The notes beneath the pieces are model-generated. The model did no database searches, had not been told where the DNA came from, and saw only the letters and a program-made list of their open reading frames with translations. A DNA stretch of 64,000 bases from a virus (taxonomy: Duplodnaviria; Heunggongvirae; Uroviricota; Caudoviricetes): the IMG/VR virus record IMGVR_UViG_3300035670_000071. One strand, 5' to 3'. Of this stretch, positions 36,434 through 47,030 are shown piece by piece. How positions within the stretch are numbered: the stretch's first letter is position 1; every line of letters begins with the position of its first letter. The translations under genes and the position numbers were made by a program.

Positions 36434-37936
36434 TTATCTTTTTGCCATTCCAGCCTGTGCCCTTATAAAAGCATCAATATCCTCTACAAGGAAATCATTC
36501 TCTGGAAGCATAGCTAATTTCTGCTCTGTTGTTCTGTTATCATCAAACACCATAGGTTCTGGTTTAAACCATACTGCTGATGACCAAGGCATAAATGTCA
36601 TAACATAAAATGAATCCGTAGCTATGATTTGTTGATAATGTTTTTCCATACCTTCTTCACTAATTATGAATGGAGCAAAATGTTCTTCCCAATCAATATC
36701 ATCCATAACCTTGTTGAACAGATGAGACTTCATTTCTATCTGATGCAGTCGCAACCACAATTTAGCCAAATCATCTTTCTTCTGGTCCTTCAAATCCTGA
36801 TATAGTTGTGACCTATATACTACACCAAGAAGCTCAAGATTCTTCTGTGAAGGATTAGCTAAAAACATATTTTCATATTCCTTGACAGACTCTATCTTTT
36901 GTGCAGATATTTTCTTATACATATCATTAACAAGGAACCAATTTAATCTTTCTACATCTGAATATGGGCAGGTGCAACTTGTAAATCCATTGTCCCAAGT
37001 CAATAAATTCTCATAATCGAATCGAATCATATCACGTTCTGCAAGAATCACATTTGGATATGTGTCTTTATCAATTCCATAAACAAATCCTGAATCCTGC
37101 TCCCAACATTCAAGATTTATTTTGTAAAGTTTGAACTCTTCTGCATTCCACGATAATGATTCATTATAGGTAGAATTATAGTCATCTGAGTAAAAAATAT
37201 ACAACGACATTAAAGTTTTTGCAAGGTCTTTTGAAATTACCTCACTCTGATTTAAAACTTCAAAATCTTTCAGCTCTGGCATCTTCACCATAGGAAGAGA
37301 ATACCCTGCTTCATTGTTCAAGACACTTTCTCGTATCTCTATCTGTGCAAGAATATATGCTGCATTCTTATTAATATCAGTAAGTGATGCTCTAAGTTCT
37401 GTCTTAGATATTGTCTGTCCATTTCTCATCAAGAATAGATAGTTCTCATTCTGGTCTATAGATTGTATGAATCTTGATAGGTCCTGTATATATCTCAATA
37501 ATGTTTTCTTCTGTTGCTCAACAAGTAGTCGTGCATTCTCTTCTGTTGGTTGCACATAAAATAATCGAGTCATATCTGAAGTCTTCTTATATTCCTTTAA
37601 AAAATCTCCAGGATAAATATCAACAAAATTTCCTGTTCTTTTTGAATATTCCCTGAAGAAAGAAGTATTTGATAAATCATCTATCTTTTCAAAATCAACC
37701 TGCCCTGCATAATCTTCTGGCAATAAAAATATAGGTTGTGTATATGTCAGAACAAAGAAGTCTGGTATATTGGTATTTCCTGTCAGAGTAATATTTTTCT
37801 CTTCAAGTTGTGGAGGAACATCTGGTATACCTGGAGGTAATACCTTTACTTCTCTCGTGCATCCTGCCGCAAGGACAAGAGCTACCAATAGCATAATGAT
37901 GCTACCTTGTTTGCATATCGTAGTGATAGTCGACAT
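36434..37936 (-). CDS. 500-aa lipoprotein of unknown function
   Basis: Lipobox LAAGCTR. Confidence 0.5.
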   Translation of the reverse strand: MSTITTICKQGSIIMLLVALVLAAGCTREVKVLPPGIPDVPPQLEEKNITLTGNTNIPDFFVLTYTQPIFLLPEDYAGQVDFEKIDDLSNTSFFREYSKRTGNFVDIYPGDFLKEYKKTSDMTRLFYVQPTEENARLLVEQQKKTLLRYIQDLSRFIQSIDQNENYLFLMRNGQTISKTELRASLTDINKNAAYILAQIEIRESVLNNEAGYSLPMVKMPELKDFEVLNQSEVISKDLAKTLMSLYIFYSDDYNSTYNESLSWNAEEFKLYKINLECWEQDSGFVYGIDKDTYPNVILAERDMIRFDYENLLTWDNGFTSCTCPYSDVERLNWFLVNDMYKKISAQKIESVKEYENMFLANPSQKNLELLGVVYRSQLYQDLKDQKKDDLAKLWLRLHQIEMKSHLFNKVMDDIDWEEHFAPFIISEEGMEKHYQQIIATDSFYVMTFMPWSSAVWFKPEPMVFDDNRTTEQKLAMLPENDFLVEDIDAFIRAQAGMAKR

Positions 37937-38804
37937 TTTTTAACCCGCTTTGTTCTAAATATTTTAATGTTACCTTTGGGTCCGAGTGATTCAACATACT
38001 CTGTAATACGTGAATATCTTTATATCTTTCCCAAACCCTTCGTGCAAAACATCTCCTCATATCGTGAGATGCAAAATCTTTTGTTGAAAAACCACAATTT
38101 TGTAAAGCCATCTTCAAATCTTCCCAATAATATTTATAGTTATATCTGAACATAGCAACACTATCTACCAATGGAGTTTTCCAAGATTCAGATTCCGTAA
38201 CCATAAAATAAAATTTATCATTAAGATAATTATTCTGTATCCAATTTAACAAAACACCTATCGCAATCTGGTCGTGAATATAAACAACATTTCTCTTTCT
38301 TCCTTTCCCTAAAATAACTAAACGTAAAGCAACAGCTCCTTTATAATCCTCTGAAAATATATTTCCTCTCGCTATTCGCAATACATCTCCGACACGAACA
38401 CCTGTTAAAGTCTGAATCAACGCAATCATTCTATGTCTCTCACTTTTCATTGCGTTTATTATATCTATGATTTTTTCTTCAGGAAGATACTTTCGCTCCA
38501 TCTTAATATCATTTCTTAATGGCGGTTTTATCAGCCCATCAATAAGTTTCGTTCTTAAATTTCCGTCGGAAATTTTAAATTCTATAAAAGCTTTTAAGAT
38601 ACTATAATAACTACCCATCCTTTTTTTAACAGCTACTTCTATAAGAAAATTATTATAGTCTTCAAGCTTTTCAAGGTCTGGATTTGTCTTAAGAAATCTC
38701 TCAACACCTTCTTTATATCTTGCTATTGATGTGTCCATCAATGTCGCTTTTTCTCTAAGATGTTGCTCAAAGAAAGCAACATCAAATGGTGAACTCTTCA
38801 TCAT
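37902..38804 (-). CDS. tyrosine recombinase / integrase
   Basis: C-terminal catalytic region HDMRRCFARRV...LNHSDPKVTLKYL, matching the R..H..R..Y signature. Confidence 0.75.
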   Translation of the reverse strand: MMKSSPFDVAFFEQHLREKATLMDTSIARYKEGVERFLKTNPDLEKLEDYNNFLIEVAVKKRMGSYYSILKAFIEFKISDGNLRTKLIDGLIKPPLRNDIKMERKYLPEEKIIDIINAMKSERHRMIALIQTLTGVRVGDVLRIARGNIFSEDYKGAVALRLVILGKGRKRNVVYIHDQIAIGVLLNWIQNNYLNDKFYFMVTESESWKTPLVDSVAMFRYNYKYYWEDLKMALQNCGFSTKDFASHDMRRCFARRVWERYKDIHVLQSMLNHSDPKVTLKYLEQSGLKNVDYHYDMQTR

Positions 38805-39487
38805 TCTTCAGACACCTCTTCATCCTCTCCATCATCAAGGTCTGCATAAGGTGCTTCCTCTCCGTCAACATCTGGGTCATACTCCAGCTCTTCAGGCCCT
38901 TGCTGTTTCTCTATCCTTGTAGAGCCAAGACTCTCAAAGTCAATCTGATGGTTCTTACCAACAAGTTCTCTAAGCTCTTCAATTGTTCTCTGGTCGGCAA
39001 TCTCCTTGTATTTCTCTGTTGCAGTCTCGACATCTGGTTTCTGTCTGAAGTCTGGTCTGATGAAGTAATGGAAATACTGCAATATATCTTTTATCAAAGT
39101 CTCAAGCTTATTAAGCTCCTGAATTATGATATAGACATTTCTTGTAGTATACCCATTTGCTTCACACCAATCAATCATTCTATCTACTACACCGAAAGCT
39201 ACATCGGTTACATAGATACCTGGGTCTTTGGTGTCAAGATTTAATGTTGCCCTCATCGTTGGCGTATTTCTTATAAGCATACGGACATTCTTATAAATCT
39301 GCTTCAATATTCCACGGACCTCTAATATCTCAGGGACATTATAGAATGTATTCAACTTGATACTCTTCATATCAAGCATATAGAACAAGATAGCCATTCT
39401 CTCGTTGTAAAGAATAGAGCTGTGGCTCCTAATCTCTTTAAACGTATTGAACTTATATCCTGTTGATGGTGGTCCGCCGTCTGCCAT
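38801..39487 (-). CDS. hypothetical protein with acidic C-terminus
   Basis: ORF co-oriented in the operon. Confidence 0.45.
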   Translation of the reverse strand: MADGGPPSTGYKFNTFKEIRSHSSILYNERMAILFYMLDMKSIKLNTFYNVPEILEVRGILKQIYKNVRMLIRNTPTMRATLNLDTKDPGIYVTDVAFGVVDRMIDWCEANGYTTRNVYIIIQELNKLETLIKDILQYFHYFIRPDFRQKPDVETATEKYKEIADQRTIEELRELVGKNHQIDFESLGSTRIEKQQGPEELEYDPDVDGEEAPYADLDDGEDEEVSEE

Positions 39488-39500
39488 TTTAACCTGCTAC

Positions 39501-40163
39501 CTAATCCTTACCGAAGGCTAACTTGATAATCAATGCTCCAAGCAAGATAGCACCAAATATGGCTACGAAAATCAAAGCAATCTGTGGGACATTGACATTA
39601 CCATAACTCTTCATTCTTTGAGCAATAACCTTCTCAATCTTTGCATTGATGTTGTGCGGAATAAGTGCAGTCATCATATACTTGATTGAACCAAAATTAA
39701 TGCTTGTCTTAAGTGCATCAATAGTCTCTGTCTCTTGAATAAGCCCTCTACTGATTGCTTCTCTAAGCCTTGCCATCTGTTCTTGGTCTTTGATAATATA
39801 CTGCAAATCATCTGCAAGTTTAGCTGCCTTTACATTAACACTTGCACCGAAAGAGGCATCAAATGGAATCAATATGTTCTTGGTCTTTCTATCAACATAT
39901 GTAGAACTTATTATGAATGCACCATATTCTTTATCCTCTATGATACCTGCATCTGGTTTAACAGGCTTCCATTCACAATATCTATTGTCCTGGAAAAACA
40001 ACGCTATTGGATAGCCTTTCATCCAAGCCTTGAACTCCACTATTGCGTGTGTCTTCTTTCCTATAATAATCAAGAATATCATCAGTATTCCGAATAACAA
40101 TAAGAATAGCAACGCCAGTCCTATCCATAGATAGATGTTTGTTAAAAATGTAGCTTCTGCCAA
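39501..40163 (-). CDS. membrane protein (N- and C-terminal TM helices)
   Basis: Hydrophobic termini. Confidence 0.45.
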   Translation of the reverse strand: MAEATFLTNIYLWIGLALLFLLLFGILMIFLIIIGKKTHAIVEFKAWMKGYPIALFFQDNRYCEWKPVKPDAGIIEDKEYGAFIISSTYVDRKTKNILIPFDASFGASVNVKAAKLADDLQYIIKDQEQMARLREAISRGLIQETETIDALKTSINFGSIKYMMTALIPHNINAKIEKVIAQRMKSYGNVNVPQIALIFVAIFGAILLGALIIKLAFGKD

Positions 40164-40207
40164 TTTAATACCTCCCTACTGTCTTACCCAAAGACCCTTT
40201 GTTAATT

Positions 40208-40819
40208 TCATCTTCTTCCTAATAGACGTTTGAAGAAGCCTTCCTTTATAGCTCCTACGTTTCCGTCTTCGGAAATCTGACGCTGTTCTGTGAACTGCGA
40301 CTGTAACATAATTCTCTCGTTCTTTACGTTTCCGCCTTTGTATCCTAATGCTCTGTCGAGTTTCGTCTCCAAAACATTCCTCAAAATGCCGAACTCTAAC
40401 TCCTTATCAAATGTATAATCATAATAACTCATCGTATTCAATATATCAATTTTGGCTATATCAAAGTTCAATAGCTTACTTGCTTTTCTATTCTCATCAA
40501 GGAATGTCAATACGTTGTCTTTATGGAATACGAACCAGTATCTCTTTCTTACTTCTTCAGGAACTTCATTATCATTTAGAAGCTGTTCTGCCATAGACCC
40601 GCCCATATTGATAGGCATATCAGGAACCTGGACATTATGGTATCTCTGAGCAGTAAATGGATTATCGTGATGTTGTTGAGGCATCAACATTTGCTGTGCA
40701 CTCTCTGCCATATTCTCCTGCATAAGCATTCGCTCATCAGGTGTGATACCCATACCCATACCGCCTTTTAATGTTGGTGGTTCTGCCATTCCTGTAAATT
40801 GGTCTAATACGTCTCCCAT
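40208..40819 (-). CDS. hypothetical protein
   Basis: ORF co-oriented in the operon. Confidence 0.45.
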   Translation of the reverse strand: MGDVLDQFTGMAEPPTLKGGMGMGITPDERMLMQENMAESAQQMLMPQQHHDNPFTAQRYHNVQVPDMPINMGGSMAEQLLNDNEVPEEVRKRYWFVFHKDNVLTFLDENRKASKLLNFDIAKIDILNTMSYYDYTFDKELEFGILRNVLETKLDRALGYKGGNVKNERIMLQSQFTEQRQISEDGNVGAIKEGFFKRLLGRR

Positions 40820-40831
40820 TTTGTTATCTCC

Positions 40832-43639
40832 CTAATTAAGTATTTCTCCGTGAATATATCTTGAAACAAAGTTCCAGATGTTTGTGCTTAATTGTTCAAG
40901 TAATCCTGGTTCAATTGTTCTATTTACCATCCATACTTCATCAGCAATCTTCCCATAAATCTTATCTTCCATTCTGAAACCGCTTGTCTTGTAATAAGAA
41001 TCTCCATCTTTTACACAACTTGCTTCAAGTTTATATATTCCTTTTACCCAACCATTTATCGGTTGTGGAGGAATAGCATTATATGTTCCTGAGCCTACTT
41101 CTGTCAATGAATAACCAGACATAACAAGTGGTCCTTGGTCTACACCATTCGATGGCCCATATATATTAAGCGAACAAGTAGCTCCAGTAACTCCTGAATT
41201 ATCTCTTTTATCAAAGAAATATATGCTAACTATTGCTGCATCATATGGACTGTATATTCCTGGCATAGTAAAATCAATTTCATAAAAGGAAAAGAATATA
41301 TCATTTAAAGTCAAATTCAATCCTGATAATGCTCCCTCAATACCGTTAAGTCTATCTTTTACGTTAAACTCCCCGCCACCTCTTACTTCATTGATTACAT
41401 CTACAGCGTTGACAATATCCAAATGAATATAATCTGTGAACATATTATAGTATATTCTATGATTTCCGTTCAGCTTAACATTGTCAACAGTTAATATATC
41501 GTCAGTGTTATCTGCTTGACCATAAAATCTTATCAATATATCATTTGTATTATCATACGAAGAATTTAATGCAAAAGTATTTGTGCCATAAGGAATAGTT
41601 CCTACCCAGCTCTCTACTGTTTGCCAAGAAGAACCACCGTTATAACTTATTTCTACTCTATATTCATCTGTGTTTTCTGCTCCTGAAACTCCTCTATCAT
41701 AAGATAATGTCAAGTCATCGTATGTTGTAGAATCTGCTGGAATTATGATATAACCACTTCCACTTTCATATTCTATCAACAAATAATTTCTAAAATCATT
41801 CTCCATATATAATCTACACTCACCAGCATCTCCTGGAATATCTCTTGATGGAACACCAACATACGCAAATGTTGTTCCTGCTGTGACATAACTTGTCACA
41901 TCAAAAGGATAGTTAACGTGGTCTAAAGTATCTGTTGTGCTCTTAGTAAACATTGTTGTTCCATTAAGATTCCAATCAGTAGCATCAAGTGGATACCAAT
42001 CTGATATGGTTTTATAAGAAACCGTGCAAGGCATATTATTATTCACTTCGTGCCATAAAGCATAAAGTGTTGCAGACTTTATTACTTCACCAGAAGGTGT
42101 TGCAGGAATAATATAACGAACAAATCCTCTTCTTTCCTCGGTGATTGTTCCACCTGCATCAGTTTTTATCTGAGTCATTATCTCTCCAGGTTCAAGTTTT
42201 TCATACACGCCTTCCTTATATTTTATTGTTCCATACTCTGTAAGATAATCATCTGCAAAAAGATTAACTGGAACTGGGTCTACACCTGTTCCTTTAATCT
42301 GTATTGTTTCTGATGATGTTATTGAAAAATTTACATCATCTATTTGCTCATCTGTTGTAATGCCAAAAGTCACTCCATCATCTGGTAATGCTTGAGCAGA
42401 ATAATTGAATAATTCTGAAAAGAAATCTATATATTCATATCTTGCTGTAATATTTCCTTCAACCTTAACCTTGACATTGTTTGTTGTGTCATCAACATAT
42501 TTACCTATTGTGCCATTAAGAGCTTTAACTGCTTCAAATGATACCTGTGTAAATTCTGATTCAAGTTGATTAGAAACTAATACCCATTGTAAACTATCAT
42601 AATCCCAGAAATAAACACTGGCATAGCCATTTTCAAAATCAGTATATCCTTGCCATTCAAAAAACATTCTACTTGCCTGAGTTATATCCTGAGACATATT
42701 ATAATATTCTATCTCAACATCAATCCTGTCCTGTAATCCATCCCATTCAGTAACAAGATGAGAATAATCTTCATCATCATACCACAACGCAGTAGGATTA
42801 CCAGAAGATGTTCCCCAATTATAAACTGCATCCATAGGATAATAAGTTACAGATTCTGTTGCAAAATCACAAACAACAGCAACAGGCCATACACCAACAG
42901 ATTCATCATCATCTGGTATTTCCATATCATAAACATATAATCCATCACTATTTGGAATATTCTTCATTCTTGAGTTTCTTATATGTGTAGTGTCATCTGG
43001 ATGATATATGCTTACAAAACATTCAGCATCATTAATTGGTTGACCATCTATAGAAATTTGTGCTATAGCTTTTGCTGTATCACCAACTTCATAATATGTT
43101 CCTAAAACATTCAATGTAGGAGTCTGTTTTTTAATGCTTGTTACACTTCCAACATTATCTACCCAATCAACTTGTTCTACACGCTTTATAGTTTCAACAA
43201 GTCCTGCACTTGATACAATGAACTTATCAATAACCCATACTCCATTTGCTTCTGCCATTCTGACTCTCATAACATTAGTTATTGTGTCATAATGATTTGT
43301 TGTGTTTACAGAAAATTGAGCAGATATTTTTGTTCCTACAGGCATAGTGCCTAAAACATCCCAGGTTGAAGTATTATAATTCCACAACGATAATGTCAAC
43401 TCCTTATTATTATCATCAAGCCACATTGTAATATACATTGTAGGCTGAACAGAACTCAACGGTTGAGTGATAAATTGATGGTCACTTCCTCTAAGTCCAT
43501 AAACATATCCATCTACTTCATAGGTATTTGAAAGTGTTCCAGAATCGGGTGTTCCAACCACGTGCTGACCTAATAGGTTAGCACTTGCCATCTGTATGAC
43601 CATCAAAGCCATCAGTATAAAAATAATTGATTTCTTCAT
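40832..43639 (-). CDS. 935-aa secreted/virion surface protein
   Basis: Signal peptide; many N-x-S/T sequons. Confidence 0.55.
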   Translation of the reverse strand: MKKSIIFILMALMVIQMASANLLGQHVVGTPDSGTLSNTYEVDGYVYGLRGSDHQFITQPLSSVQPTMYITMWLDDNNKELTLSLWNYNTSTWDVLGTMPVGTKISAQFSVNTTNHYDTITNVMRVRMAEANGVWVIDKFIVSSAGLVETIKRVEQVDWVDNVGSVTSIKKQTPTLNVLGTYYEVGDTAKAIAQISIDGQPINDAECFVSIYHPDDTTHIRNSRMKNIPNSDGLYVYDMEIPDDDESVGVWPVAVVCDFATESVTYYPMDAVYNWGTSSGNPTALWYDDEDYSHLVTEWDGLQDRIDVEIEYYNMSQDITQASRMFFEWQGYTDFENGYASVYFWDYDSLQWVLVSNQLESEFTQVSFEAVKALNGTIGKYVDDTTNNVKVKVEGNITARYEYIDFFSELFNYSAQALPDDGVTFGITTDEQIDDVNFSITSSETIQIKGTGVDPVPVNLFADDYLTEYGTIKYKEGVYEKLEPGEIMTQIKTDAGGTITEERRGFVRYIIPATPSGEVIKSATLYALWHEVNNNMPCTVSYKTISDWYPLDATDWNLNGTTMFTKSTTDTLDHVNYPFDVTSYVTAGTTFAYVGVPSRDIPGDAGECRLYMENDFRNYLLIEYESGSGYIIIPADSTTYDDLTLSYDRGVSGAENTDEYRVEISYNGGSSWQTVESWVGTIPYGTNTFALNSSYDNTNDILIRFYGQADNTDDILTVDNVKLNGNHRIYYNMFTDYIHLDIVNAVDVINEVRGGGEFNVKDRLNGIEGALSGLNLTLNDIFFSFYEIDFTMPGIYSPYDAAIVSIYFFDKRDNSGVTGATCSLNIYGPSNGVDQGPLVMSGYSLTEVGSGTYNAIPPQPINGWVKGIYKLEASCVKDGDSYYKTSGFRMEDKIYGKIADEVWMVNRTIEPGLLEQLSTNIWNFVSRYIHGEILN

Positions 43640-45831
43640 CTTTGATACCTCACCCTGACGCTGAACACCTCGTCGATTAAAGCATTGGTTATATAGTAGT
43701 TAATATTTTCATCCGTGACTACTATTCCTTTATGTGCTACCCACCATACTCCTAAATGTTGTGCCCTATCAGCATCAACCATCTCTCCTGTTATGGACGA
43801 GTTCGCACTGAACTTATAACTGTTTGTTAACGTGGTTGGCGTTACTCTGACATCAAGTATCTCATTGGCCCCCGTGCAGCAATCAACTGTTGTGCCAAAT
43901 CCGACTCCGCCGCTCACTGTGATATTCACGGTTTCCTCAAATATTCCAGTCAATAGATATACTGTCTGGTTTAGTTTAGTCTCATTAAACCTTACTACAT
44001 TGCTTAAGTTGTTGTCCTTATATATATAAGTTTCGTCTCCATACTGGACATACCCTGCGTCATTTGTAAGGTCACCAAGGGTCACATCTGTATAGTTAAG
44101 CTCATTATCTCCTACAACATCTGATTGCAACTGGAGGTCATTATAAGGCCCTACAACGTCACCTGAGTGATTCTGTGTGTTCACATAGTTATACAGGTCG
44201 CTTATACTTTGATTTAATGATACATTCAATGCATCAATTCGTATATTGGTTGCATTATCTAAGCTAACAACATACGCTGTAAGCGACTGGTTTAGATTAT
44301 ATATTGACTGGTTCACCGCTACCATATCCAGATAGTGTTGATTAGCCAAATCTATGATTGACTGATTCAAAAACGTAACCGTGTCATTGAAGATATAAAA
44401 TGTGATATATTGAGCATCATTGAAGAAATCACCGACAGTCACTTCAGAATAATTGATTTCAGCATCACCTATCGTATCAGCATTTATCTGAATATTATCA
44501 TATGTCCCAGATACATCACCGCCAAACAGCGTATCTAACATCACATCATCAGACCAGTTAATGTCGAGTTCTGGAGGCAGATTCTCAATCTGTGTCCAAT
44601 TAATGTCAGATGTTACAATCTGCTCAAGCACAGTGGTATTCAATAAAGATTCATTGAATGCAAACAAGAACGATGTTCCATTTTGTGATGTTTTAATTAT
44701 CCAAGACTCATCAGAGAAATAATAATCTGGTGGTTCTGTATCAGAATAATTAAGAAGCCCAGTAATTATAAGTCTATCAACAGTTAATGTTCTAACAACA
44801 ACATCTCCTAAATCATCTCCAAATGTTGGATGAACGGTTTCTGAAACAGTCATCAAAGTTTCACCACTTACAGGATTTATGAACGTAAATGTTTCCCCTA
44901 AATAATTCTCTGCAATAACATAATAATCTCCTTCTACTGTGATATTTCCTTTTGCAACAACATTATCATTGACAATAAGTTCATCAGATACATATACTGG
45001 AGAATTACCTGTAATATTATGAACATTCAACTCCCAAACATTCATAATGCTGTGATTTGACATATTCAAATCTCCAGTCATAGTATCTCCTGTTTCATTC
45101 ACCCAAATATCAGTCAATGTTGCATTTGTAAGATACCCTACATCATTAACAAATTCAGAAAGATTTTCATACGTTGTGTCATTATCAACACCATCAGCAA
45201 ATCCTGCTGGTATGTTTCCAATATCTGTCCAATTTACCCCTGTGATATATCCTGCATCATTTGTAAAATCTAAAAGCGTAACATCAGAATAATTTAATTC
45301 ATTATCTCCTATTGCGTCATTCACAAGCTGAATATTAGCATAAGTTCCAGATACATCTCCACCAAAATTTGTCGACGTTATAATATCATCTGTTCTATCA
45401 ACATCAAGGTCAGAAGGAATATTTATTAAATCATTCCAATCAAGACTTACAACTCCACTCTCTACAATATTTATGATTGTATTATTTAATGCAGCTTCAT
45501 TTAATATGAATTGATTAGCAACAAGATTTATGTAAACCTCGTCGGCTGTATATTGAGTATCATTATCTATGTCATCAGCAAAACCTGCAGGAATATTCTG
45601 AATATCATCCCATTCATATGTTACAACAAGATTTGCAATAGAAACATTATAGATTGTGTTTCCGTTCATATAAATATCTGTATTCATAGAACAAGGACCA
45701 TTGATTAAACACGCTGCTCCTGGAGCTAATCCTGGAGGAGCTTCTGGTGCAAATATATCCCACCCAGCAAGAGCCTGAGAACTAAGAAGTGAAACTAAGA
45801 ATAGAAATATAAAAAAGAACTTACCTTTCAT
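43636..45831 (-). CDS. 731-aa secreted repeat protein (four W..I.NIPAGFADxxDND repeats and three NELNY[ST]DVTLxDxTNDAGY repeats)
   Basis: Signal peptide; internal repeats read in the translation. Confidence 0.55.
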   Translation of the reverse strand: MKGKFFFIFLFLVSLLSSQALAGWDIFAPEAPPGLAPGAACLINGPCSMNTDIYMNGNTIYNVSIANLVVTYEWDDIQNIPAGFADDIDNDTQYTADEVYINLVANQFILNEAALNNTIINIVESGVVSLDWNDLINIPSDLDVDRTDDIITSTNFGGDVSGTYANIQLVNDAIGDNELNYSDVTLLDFTNDAGYITGVNWTDIGNIPAGFADGVDNDTTYENLSEFVNDVGYLTNATLTDIWVNETGDTMTGDLNMSNHSIMNVWELNVHNITGNSPVYVSDELIVNDNVVAKGNITVEGDYYVIAENYLGETFTFINPVSGETLMTVSETVHPTFGDDLGDVVVRTLTVDRLIITGLLNYSDTEPPDYYFSDESWIIKTSQNGTSFLFAFNESLLNTTVLEQIVTSDINWTQIENLPPELDINWSDDVMLDTLFGGDVSGTYDNIQINADTIGDAEINYSEVTVGDFFNDAQYITFYIFNDTVTFLNQSIIDLANQHYLDMVAVNQSIYNLNQSLTAYVVSLDNATNIRIDALNVSLNQSISDLYNYVNTQNHSGDVVGPYNDLQLQSDVVGDNELNYTDVTLGDLTNDAGYVQYGDETYIYKDNNLSNVVRFNETKLNQTVYLLTGIFEETVNITVSGGVGFGTTVDCCTGANEILDVRVTPTTLTNSYKFSANSSITGEMVDADRAQHLGVWWVAHKGIVVTDENINYYITNALIDEVFSVRVRYQR

Positions 45832-46153
45832 CCCGTTTGCCCCCTCCTTTATCGCTGGATGCCGTGCTTATTTTATCGTAAAGGTCAAAGATTCCTAACA
45901 CCAAGGCCAATACAAAAAATGCAGCATTCAGACCCATAAGGTAGGGATAGCTGTTTGATACTTGCACGGGTTCGTATGCCAAAAGTGTAGTATTATATTG
46001 ATAGACATATGTTTCGACATTAAAGCTCGTGAACATAAGAACACCGAGTATAACTACACACAATGCCCAAAGAATTTCCTGTTTAGTGAAGAACGCTGCC
46101 GCAAATAGAATCAATGCTACAACTTCGAAAAATATGAATAATTCGATTAACAT
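45821..46153 (-). CDS. membrane protein
   Basis: Three TM helices. Confidence 0.4.
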   Translation of the reverse strand: MLIELFIFFEVVALILFAAAFFTKQEILWALCVVILGVLMFTSFNVETYVYQYNTTLLAYEPVQVSNSYPYLMGLNAAFFVLALVLGIFDLYDKISTASSDKGGGKRDER

Positions 46154-46477
46154 TTTAGTAAGGCCTCCGCACTACAATGACCTGTATCTCCACTATCGCT
46201 CCTTTTTGGAGACCAAGTATCTTCTGTTCCTCTTTATTAAAGATGACTCCTACTGAGTCGCCAATTCTTCGTATAATCTTCTGTCGGAGCATAACCATTT
46301 TATCTTATATAATTACAGGAATGAATTAGTATATAAATGTTTTCATTTCCATAGGGTATACTCTGGCACGTGAGATAAACTTTCCTAATAATATAGAAAG
46401 AGAATAAAAAAGAAAAAATTTCCCAGTTCACACTGGGTGTTGCCTTTCAACAACCGAATCTACCAACCTTCTCAGTT

Positions 46478-46702
46478 TTACCTGAAAATGTTGATAAGGC
46501 CGAATGCTGCAAGGACTATGATACCAACCGCTATCAGGCCGAAACCAGCGAACACAGTTGCCTGTGTGCTGTCCATACCTTCTGTAGTCTCATTAGATAG
46601 GCCTGTGGTTGGCAGAGCTGCTCTAACTTGAGCTACAACAAGGTAACCGACCATCAAGACGATACCGATACCAATCGCTCCGATTGCTATTTGCATAAAC
46701 AT
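46478..46702 (-). CDS. two-helix membrane miniprotein, paralog 1 of 3
   Basis: MFMQIAIGAIGIGIVLMVGYLVVAQVR...GLIAVGIIVLAAFGLINIFR. Confidence 0.5.
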   Translation of the reverse strand: MFMQIAIGAIGIGIVLMVGYLVVAQVRAALPTTGLSNETTEGMDSTQATVFAGFGLIAVGIIVLAAFGLINIFR

Positions 46703-46756
46703 CTTGGTCTACCTCCGTAGTTCTTTCTTTGTGTTCTGTCTAATCAGTCTTCAGGT

Positions 46757-46981
46757 TTATCTGAAGATGTTGATTAAACCGAATGCGGCAAGGACTATGA
46801 TTCCAACAGCTATTAGGCCGAAACCTGCGAATACTGTTGCTTGAGTTGAGTCCATACCTTCAACTGTCTCGTTTGTCAATCCTGTAGTTGGCAAGGCACT
46901 TCTAACCTGTGCAACAACAAGGTATCCTACCATTAGGACGATTCCAATTCCAATTGCTCCGATTGCTATTTGCATAAACAT
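46757..46981 (-). CDS. two-helix membrane miniprotein, paralog 2 of 3
   Basis: N- and C-terminal helices nearly identical to those of paralog 1. Confidence 0.5.
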   Translation of the reverse strand: MFMQIAIGAIGIGIVLMVGYLVVAQVRSALPTTGLTNETVEGMDSTQATVFAGFGLIAVGIIVLAAFGLINIFR

Positions 46982-47030
46982 TTTGTTTACCTCCGTTCTT
47001 TTGTTTTCTTTTTTGTTCTACACAGCTTTC

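Noticed and set aside
37474-40097. Plus-strand ORFs opposite the integrase and structural operon (37474..37656, 38786..39244, 39735..40097)
   Set aside because: They are antisense to longer, better-supported minus-strand genes and lack start signals.
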